Assembly (NCBI GenBank): GCA_963781885.1
Contig: CAWAHW010000007.1
Location: 32,001 to 96,000, forward strand
Direction: 5' to 3'
Source of the DNA: an uncultured Spirochaetota bacterium
Lineage (GTDB): Bacteria; Spirochaetota; Spirochaetia; SZUA-6; Fen-1364
Length of the DNA: 64,000 bases
Below, piece after piece: positions 57,959 through 64,000 of this stretch. Within the stretch, counting starts at the first letter, position 1, and every line of letters begins with the position of its first letter. The notes under the pieces are model-generated. The model was not told the origin of the DNA. It did not search any database and was given only the letters and a program-made list of their open reading frames with translations. The position numbers and the translations under genes were made by a program.

Positions 57959-59065
57959 ATGCGGATCCTCCTGTGCTCCGATCTCCATCTCGGCATGAAA
58001 TTCGCCGGCTACCCCGACGTCCAGGCAAGGCTCGTGGAGGAGCGTTTTGCGTGCCTCGAGCGCATTGTCGCCGCGGCCAATGAGTCCCGCTGCGATTTGC
58101 TGGTGATCGCCGGCGACCTGTTCGAACGTGTCGCGGTGGCCCGCCGGGACGTTCAGCGCGCCGCAGCGGCGCTGCACGGCTTCCAGGGGCGGCTTGCGGC
58201 GGTGCTGCCCGGCAATCACGACTACAGCGCGCCCGACGACGAGCTGTGGCCGCGGTTCCGCGATGCCTGCGGCGACGCGGTGCTCGTGCTGGACCAGCCG
58301 CGGCCATATCCCCTCGGGCATTTCGACCTTGACGCCTGCCTGTATCCCGGGCCGTGCACGACGAAGCATTCGGATGTCAACGCCATCGGCTGGGTGGCCG
58401 CGGCGGCACGGGAACCGGCCGTGCGCCACCGCATCGGCGTCGCGCATGGAAGCGTCGAAGGCCAGTCGCCGGATCAGGACGGCCGCTACTTTCCCATGAG
58501 CCTGCGCGAGCTCGCCGACGCGGGCATGCATCTCTGGCTGCTGGGGCACACCCACGTCAGATTCCCCGCCGTCCCCGGCCCGCGCGACACCCTGTTCTGC
58601 GCCGGTACTCCCGCGCCGGACGGCTTCGACTGCCGTCACGACGGCGAGGTGTGGATGCTCGATCTGAGCGAGGAGAACGCCGTCTCGGCGCGGCCGCTTC
58701 GCACGGGCCGGATCCGGTTCCGCGAAGAGGTGCGTGACGTGCGCCAGGCTTCTGACCTGGACAAGGCGGCGCGGCTGGCGGAGGAGCCCGATTCGCCTGG
58801 CACGATCCTCCGCCTGCACCTGAAGGGAAGGGTCCCGCGGGAGATAGTGGCCACCGTGGGGGACCTGCGGGCGCGCATGGCGCCGGGCCTCCTCCACCTG
58901 GACCTTCGCAGCGACGCGCTGCAGGAAGAGATCACCCGCGATGCCATCGACCGCGCCTACCCCTCGGGGTCCTTTCCCCACACGCTGCTCGTGCGGCTTG
59001 CCGAGCGCGGGGACCAGGAGGCGCTGGAAGCGGCGAGCGAGCTCCTCGCGGAGCTGCACGCGTGA
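57959..59065 (+). CDS. SbcD/Mre11-like metallophosphoesterase nuclease
   Basis: SDLHLG, AGDLF, PGNHD, AHGS, LGHTH. Confidence 0.9.
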   Translation: MRILLCSDLHLGMKFAGYPDVQARLVEERFACLERIVAAANESRCDLLVIAGDLFERVAVARRDVQRAAAALHGFQGRLAAVLPGNHDYSAPDDELWPRFRDACGDAVLVLDQPRPYPLGHFDLDACLYPGPCTTKHSDVNAIGWVAAAAREPAVRHRIGVAHGSVEGQSPDQDGRYFPMSLRELADAGMHLWLLGHTHVRFPAVPGPRDTLFCAGTPAPDGFDCRHDGEVWMLDLSEENAVSARPLRTGRIRFREEVRDVRQASDLDKAARLAEEPDSPGTILRLHLKGRVPREIVATVGDLRARMAPGLLHLDLRSDALQEEITRDAIDRAYPSGSFPHTLLVRLAERGDQEALEAASELLAELHA

Positions 59066-61504
59066 TCGTCACCCGAGTGCGTCTCCATCCCTTCGGCTGC
59101 TTTGCCGACCGGCAGCTGGAGCTGTCACCCGGCCTGAACGTCGTGCTCGGTCCTAACGAGGCGGGCAAGTCCACGGTCTTCAAGGCGGTGCGTCACGCGC
59201 TGTTCGTCCCGACGCGCCTCACGAAGCCCGACCAGGCGCGCCTCCTCTCTCCCTACCTCCCCATCGGGGGCGGCGATGCGGTCCAGGTGGAGCTTGCCCT
59301 CCTGGTTGACGGCGCGGCCTGGACCCTGCGGCGGCGCTGGGGCGCCTCTGCCGGCGCGGAGCTCGTTTCCCCGGCAGGCGTCTCCCTCACGGACGAGACG
59401 GCGCTCAAGACGGAGATCGCGCGTCTGCTCCCGGCGACGCCCGCGGTCGTCTCCAGCATCCTCATGACGGGCCAGTCGGAGCTCGCGGCGACCGTGGCAT
59501 CGCTGCGCGCGCATCGGCAGGATCCCCTTGCCGATCTTGCCGACATACTGCGCCGCACCGTGCAGGAAACCGGCGGCATCTCCGTCGACCGGTTCACCGC
59601 GCGCGTCGCCCGCGAGCTTGCGAAATCCTTCGCGCACTGGGACGACGTCCACAACGGTCCCCAGAAGGACGGCAACGGCCGCGACCGGGGCATCGAGCAG
59701 CCGTGGAAACAGGACATCGGTGCCATCCTCCAGGCCTGGTACGCCGCGGAAAGCGCGCGCGTTCTCTGGCGCAAGGCCGTTGCCTGCGAGGCGGAGCTCG
59801 ACGTCGTCAACGGCCGGCTGCGCGCGACCGCGGATCGCCTGGCGGCCTGCAGCGCGTACCTGGCCGCGCACGAGGCAGCGGCGCGCGACGCGCGCGAACG
59901 ACGCGGCCTGGAAGCAGAGCGGGCCCGCATCGGTGCGGAGGCGGATGCACTGCGCGCCGCCGCGGCGGAATGGCAGCTTGCGCTCGGCAGGACCGCGGAG
60001 ATGCGGGGCGCGCTCGCCGCACTGCAGGCAACGGTCGCGCGCGGGGAGAAGGAGCTGCAGGCCGCGCGCAGGGCGGAGGAGGGCAGGAGTCTGCGGGAGC
60101 GGCATGCAAAGGTGCTCCGCCGCGTCGCCCAGGTCGAGGAGGCCCGCGTGAAGCTTGCCGCGGTGCCTCCCCTGGAGGCAAAGACGCTGGAGGAGATTCG
60201 CCGCGCAGCCTCTGCCGCGGACAAGCTCCTGGCCGGCACCGAGGCGGGGAGGATTGCCGTCACGGTGACGGCGCGCGCGGAAACGGACCTCCTCATCCGC
60301 GAGGACGGGAAAGCGGAGAGCCGCCGCGTGCTCGGCCCCGGCCAGACGACGGACGTGCAGGCTGCCGGGCAGGGTGAGGATCGTCCACAAGGACATGGAG
60401 ATCGACGTCAGCACCGGAGATGCCGACGCCGCGGCCCGGGCGGAAAAGCTCGCCGCGGCACAGCGCCTGCTGCGGCAGCTCTTAGAGCACGCGGGGGCTG
60501 CGGACGCGGCCGATGCCGAGGCGCGGAGCCGCGAGTATGAGAAGAGAGCCGCGGACCTGGCTTTAGCCGAGCGGAACCTGGCGGAGGAGCTTGCCGGGGA
60601 TGCCGTGGAAGAGCTCCAGGCGCGCGTTGCGGCATTGGGCGCCGAAGAGCCGCACCGGCCGTCCGTGGAAATCGCCGCGTCGCTTGCAACGGACGCTGCC
60701 CGGGCCGATGCCCTCACGCGCGACATGGAGTCCCTGCGCGCGCGCATCCTCGCCTGGGAACAAAGCCATGCCTCGGTTGAAAAGCTCATGGACCAGTTCG
60801 CGGAGAAAAGGTTCCGTCACAACGAGCTTGCCGCCAGGGTCGAATCGTTCGCACCCCTGCCTTCCTCCTACCGCGACGCGGAGGAGTTTCTGCAGGACTT
60901 CGAGCACGAGCAGAGGGAACAGACCGATCTGCGCGTCGCGCGCGAAAGGCTGGAAGGGGACAAGCGCGCGCTCACGGCGCAGGCACCCGACCAGTCATCG
61001 GAAGAGCTCGCCAGCCTCCTGGGGGAGGCAGAGGAGGCCTTGCAGGCCGCCCGGCGCCGCGGGGCCGCGCTCCAACGCGTGGAAGCCGCGCGCGTGGAGG
61101 CGCTGGGGGCCGGAGAGGCGGCGCTGTACGACGGCATGCGCGGGCGCCTCCAGGAAACGCTCGCGGCGATGACCGCGGGGCGCCACGCGCGCGTCACGTT
61201 GGAAGGGGCGATGCCGGCCGCGCTCGCCGGCCTGGACGGGTCTGCCCTTCCCTGGAACATGCTTTCCGCCGGGACGCAGGACGCGCTGGCCCTTGCGCTG
61301 CGCCTTGCGATGGCGAGCTTCTTCATTGAAGGCTCCGATGGATTTCTCATGATGGACGACCCGCTGGTCGACATGGATCCCGATCGACAAAAGGCGGCCG
61401 CGCGGACGCTCGGCGCTTTCGCCGAGCGCCGGCAGCTGATTGTGTTCACCTGTCATCCCGCCACCGCGGACCTCCTGGGTGGCAGGCGGGTCACCCTGTC
61501 CTGA
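59062..61504 (+). CDS. SbcC/Rad50/YhaN-like coiled-coil ABC-type ATPase (frameshift near 60370)
   Basis: GPNEAGKST Walker A, long coiled coil, LSAGTQD signature, MMDDPLVDMD Walker B, FTCH. Confidence 0.88.
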
Positions 61505-61543
61505 AAGACCCGCGGGGCGCGGCCGCCGTGCGCTCTGGCGGCT

Positions 61544-62446
61544 TCAGTCGCGACGCGGGCGGCGGGATGCATCCTCCGCGTCAACGTCCTTTTCGGCCTG
61601 CGCGAATTGCGCCGCGAATGAGGCGGGATCGACCCTGTCGCGGCTGCGGCCCCGGTTCAGCAGATCGACGATGCCGGCCGCATCCCGGATGCCTTTCTCC
61701 ATCACGCGTGCCATGTCCTGCTTCGATGCGACCCGCGCGGGCGGCACGTCGTGCGCACGGCCGTAGTATTCGCGCGCGTACCAGAGGATCCGCGCGTGAC
61801 GCCTCTCCTGCCAGGGCAGCCTGTTGTAGCCGGGGATGCGCGTGAAGTTCGCAAGCGGATTCCACGTGCGCGTCGCGTTCTGCTGCTCGAGGTTGCGCGC
61901 GCGGAACGCCTCGCCCAGGCCCTTTGTCTCCAGCTCGGCCAGGAGCTCGTCGGCGAGCGGGAGGAGCTCGAGGACGTCGGAGATGGCATAGTCCAGAAGC
62001 GCGCGGGAGAGGGGCCGACGCAGCCAGTTGGAGCGCTGGAACCTGTCCTTTGCCGAAGCGGACCCTGCCTGGCCGGTGTGCTGGTGGAGCCCGCCGGTCT
62101 TTCCGAGCATGCGCGCGGCAAGCGCGAGGTCCAGGATCGGCGACGGCCGGATGCCCATGGCGTGCTGGAAGGAGAGGAGGTCATTGCCCGCGTCGAACCA
62201 GACGAGCGTCCAGGGCGCGTCCTCCAGCAGACCCCGCAGGATCGTGCGATCGCGGCTGGCGAGCGGGTCCACGATGTAACCCCGCGTGCCGTCGAAGAGC
62301 TGGATCAGCCCGACGTGGATCCCATACCGGTGGAGGTTGTTCTCCCCCTCCACGTCGATCGCAAGGCGCGTCACTTTCACGTCACGCAGGCGTTGCGTCA
62401 GCGCGGCGATCCCCGGGTCCGTGTCGATGTAGTCGTATGGCGTCAC
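61544..62446 (-). CDS. rnd: Ribonuclease D-like 3'-5' exonuclease
   Basis: AIDVE, LIQL, QRSNWLRRPLS..LDYAISDV DEDDy motifs, HRDC-like tail. Confidence 0.8.
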   Translation of the reverse strand: MTPYDYIDTDPGIAALTQRLRDVKVTRLAIDVEGENNLHRYGIHVGLIQLFDGTRGYIVDPLASRDRTILRGLLEDAPWTLVWFDAGNDLLSFQHAMGIRPSPILDLALAARMLGKTGGLHQHTGQAGSASAKDRFQRSNWLRRPLSRALLDYAISDVLELLPLADELLAELETKGLGEAFRARNLEQQNATRTWNPLANFTRIPGYNRLPWQERRHARILWYAREYYGRAHDVPPARVASKQDMARVMEKGIRDAAGIVDLLNRGRSRDRVDPASFAAQFAQAEKDVDAEDASRRPRRD

Positions 62447-62671
62447 GCGCTGGTGCCGATCGTGGCTGTGCTCCGCAGGAGCCCCGCTTCGAGCGGCGCG
62501 AACGCCGCGTCCAGGGGCGGCTCTTCCTTTGCGGCGGGGATGCTCACGCCGCTATAGTACAAGGCAGGCTTTTCTCCCACAAGGCCCGGCTGCTCTCCCG
62601 CAGCGCGGGCACGTCCCGCCGGCGGCAATGGTGATTGCGGACAGCTCCCATCATTTCTTTGAGCCTGGCGA

Positions 62672-62710
62672 TTGACGGGAAACAGAGGTGGTACTTATAC
62701 TATAGTAAGT
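62672..62710 (+). promoter_or_regulatory. Putative sigma70 promoter with overlapping palindrome
   Basis: TTGACG-N18-TATACT overlapped by ACTTA-N8-TAAGT, upstream of an AAGGAGG RBS. Confidence 0.45.
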
Positions 62711-62734
62711 TGATCCACTAAGGAGGGATTACTG

Positions 62735-63220
62735 ATGGGCGAGCTCCTCGGCAAGGTCGATCATTCCTCGCTCCGGGTGAATCAGGCGCTGATCATTCTG
62801 GGGCTCCTGGCAGCCTTCATCTTCGAGCTTCCGTGGCTCGTTGCAGCAGTCGCGCTCGTGATGCTCCTTGGCACAGCCATTGGGCGGCCTGGTTTCTTTC
62901 CCGTCTACACGCTGCTTCTTCGCCCGCTGAGAATCGTGAAGCCCCACGTGCTTGCGGACAATCCTGAGCCGCACCGATTCGCCCAGGGCTTTGGCGGCGT
63001 CGTTGCCGCGATCGCCGCGGCCCTCCTGCTGCTGGGCTCCCCCGTGCCGGGCTGGGCGCTTTCCTGGCTCGTCATTGTCCTGGCGGCACTGAACCTTTTC
63101 GTCGGCTTCTGCGCGGGGTGCGCGGTCTACTACTGGCTGCATCGTTTGCAGGTCCCGGGCTTCCTCAAGGCCCCGCCGGCAGGCACGTTCCCCGGCATGC
63201 GCCCGAGGTCCCGCGCATGA
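62735..63220 (+). CDS. DUF4395 family membrane protein
   Basis: PHRFAQGFG and LNLFVGFCAGC motifs. Confidence 0.85.
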   Translation: MGELLGKVDHSSLRVNQALIILGLLAAFIFELPWLVAAVALVMLLGTAIGRPGFFPVYTLLLRPLRIVKPHVLADNPEPHRFAQGFGGVVAAIAAALLLLGSPVPGWALSWLVIVLAALNLFVGFCAGCAVYYWLHRLQVPGFLKAPPAGTFPGMRPRSRA

Positions 63221-63627
63221 GTGCAACCCTGGTGCGCCTTCTTGCTGCCGCCGCGATCATCGCGGTGCTGCTCGGCGCCTACAGGGCGGTCACCTCGATC
63301 GTCCTTGCACGCGCGCGCCGGGTGGCGCACGGGCTGCCCTTCACGCCGGGCATGCCGGGCGTCGTGTTCTTCACCACGCCGGACTGCGTGACGTGCAAGG
63401 CGGCGCAGAGACCGGCGCTGGAGGCGCTTTCCGCCCGGTTTGCCGGCCGGGTCCAGGTGATAGAGATCGATGCGTTGGACAACGCGGCGCTTGCAAAAAG
63501 GTGGAGCGTCCTGAGCGTCCCCACGACGTTCGTTCTTGACCGGGACGGCACGCCGCGACAGGTGAACCACGGCTTTGCATCGGCGGAGAAGCTTTTCGGG
63601 CAGATCGACGCACTCGGCCGGACCTGA
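63217..63627 (+). CDS. Membrane-anchored thioredoxin-like protein
   Basis: FTTPDCVTC and VLSVPTT motifs; ATGA overlap with the upstream gene. Confidence 0.85.
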   Translation: MSATLVRLLAAAAIIAVLLGAYRAVTSIVLARARRVAHGLPFTPGMPGVVFFTTPDCVTCKAAQRPALEALSARFAGRVQVIEIDALDNAALAKRWSVLSVPTTFVLDRDGTPRQVNHGFASAEKLFGQIDALGRT

Positions 63628-63726
63628 CAATCGGGGGCGGCCGCTCACCGCCTCTCGCACACCGCGGTGCTGATTTTTATTGTGCCCGGGCCGGAGGCGG
63701 GTGTACAATCGCACCCGAGCACACCC

Positions 63727-64000
63727 ATGAACACGACACCCGAAAAGCTTCCCGGCTGGAAACTCGTCATCTTCGCCTTGGGCCAGCTCGGCTGGTCCCT
63801 GGCCTCCTACGGCGTGAGCAACCTCATCATGTACTTCTACATGCCGCCCGAGACGGCCTCCGCCACGCGCATCTTTCCGCCTTTCATCTATGAGGGCTCG
63901 GTGCTGGGGCTTTTCACGATCATCGGGCTCATCAACTTCGGGGCCCGATTCTTCGACGCGATCACCAACCCGCTGATCGCCTCCTGGTCGGACCGCTCGA
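63727..64000 (+). CDS. MFS/GPH family transporter, partial
   Basis: FALGQLGWSLA...ARFFDAITNPLIASWSDRS. Confidence 0.8.
   Translation, partial: MNTTPEKLPGWKLVIFALGQLGWSLASYGVSNLIMYFYMPPETASATRIFPPFIYEGSVLGLFTIIGLINFGARFFDAITNPLIASWSDRS

Overview
GC-rich bacterial window, possibly a spirochaete (inference only). The left 37 kb is a defence island. It holds a vapBC-type toxin-antitoxin pair, a SAM methyltransferase, a very large type I-C CRISPR array (2197-26465, about 365 repeats estimated from length), the cas operon on the minus strand (cas3-cas5-cas8c-cas7-cas4-cas1-cas2) and an HTH-WYL regulator. Two ~70% identical, outward-facing nucleotidyltransferase-like genes bracket the CRISPR-Cas-WYL block; this is the best candidate for an undescribed system. 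The right 27 kb is mostly housekeeping: ankyrin lipoprotein, EamA plus DUF6390-like pair, yejABEF, katG, a fluoride riboswitch with a cation/proton antiporter, two tRNAs, a hybrid kinase, an atypical class III cyclase, an oxidoreductase, an FKBP PPIase, an SbcD/SbcC-like pair, RNase D, DUF4395/thioredoxin and an MFS transporter. Many unrelated genes carry single frameshifts, which suggests assembly indel errors, so pseudogene calls (notably cas8c) are uncertain.
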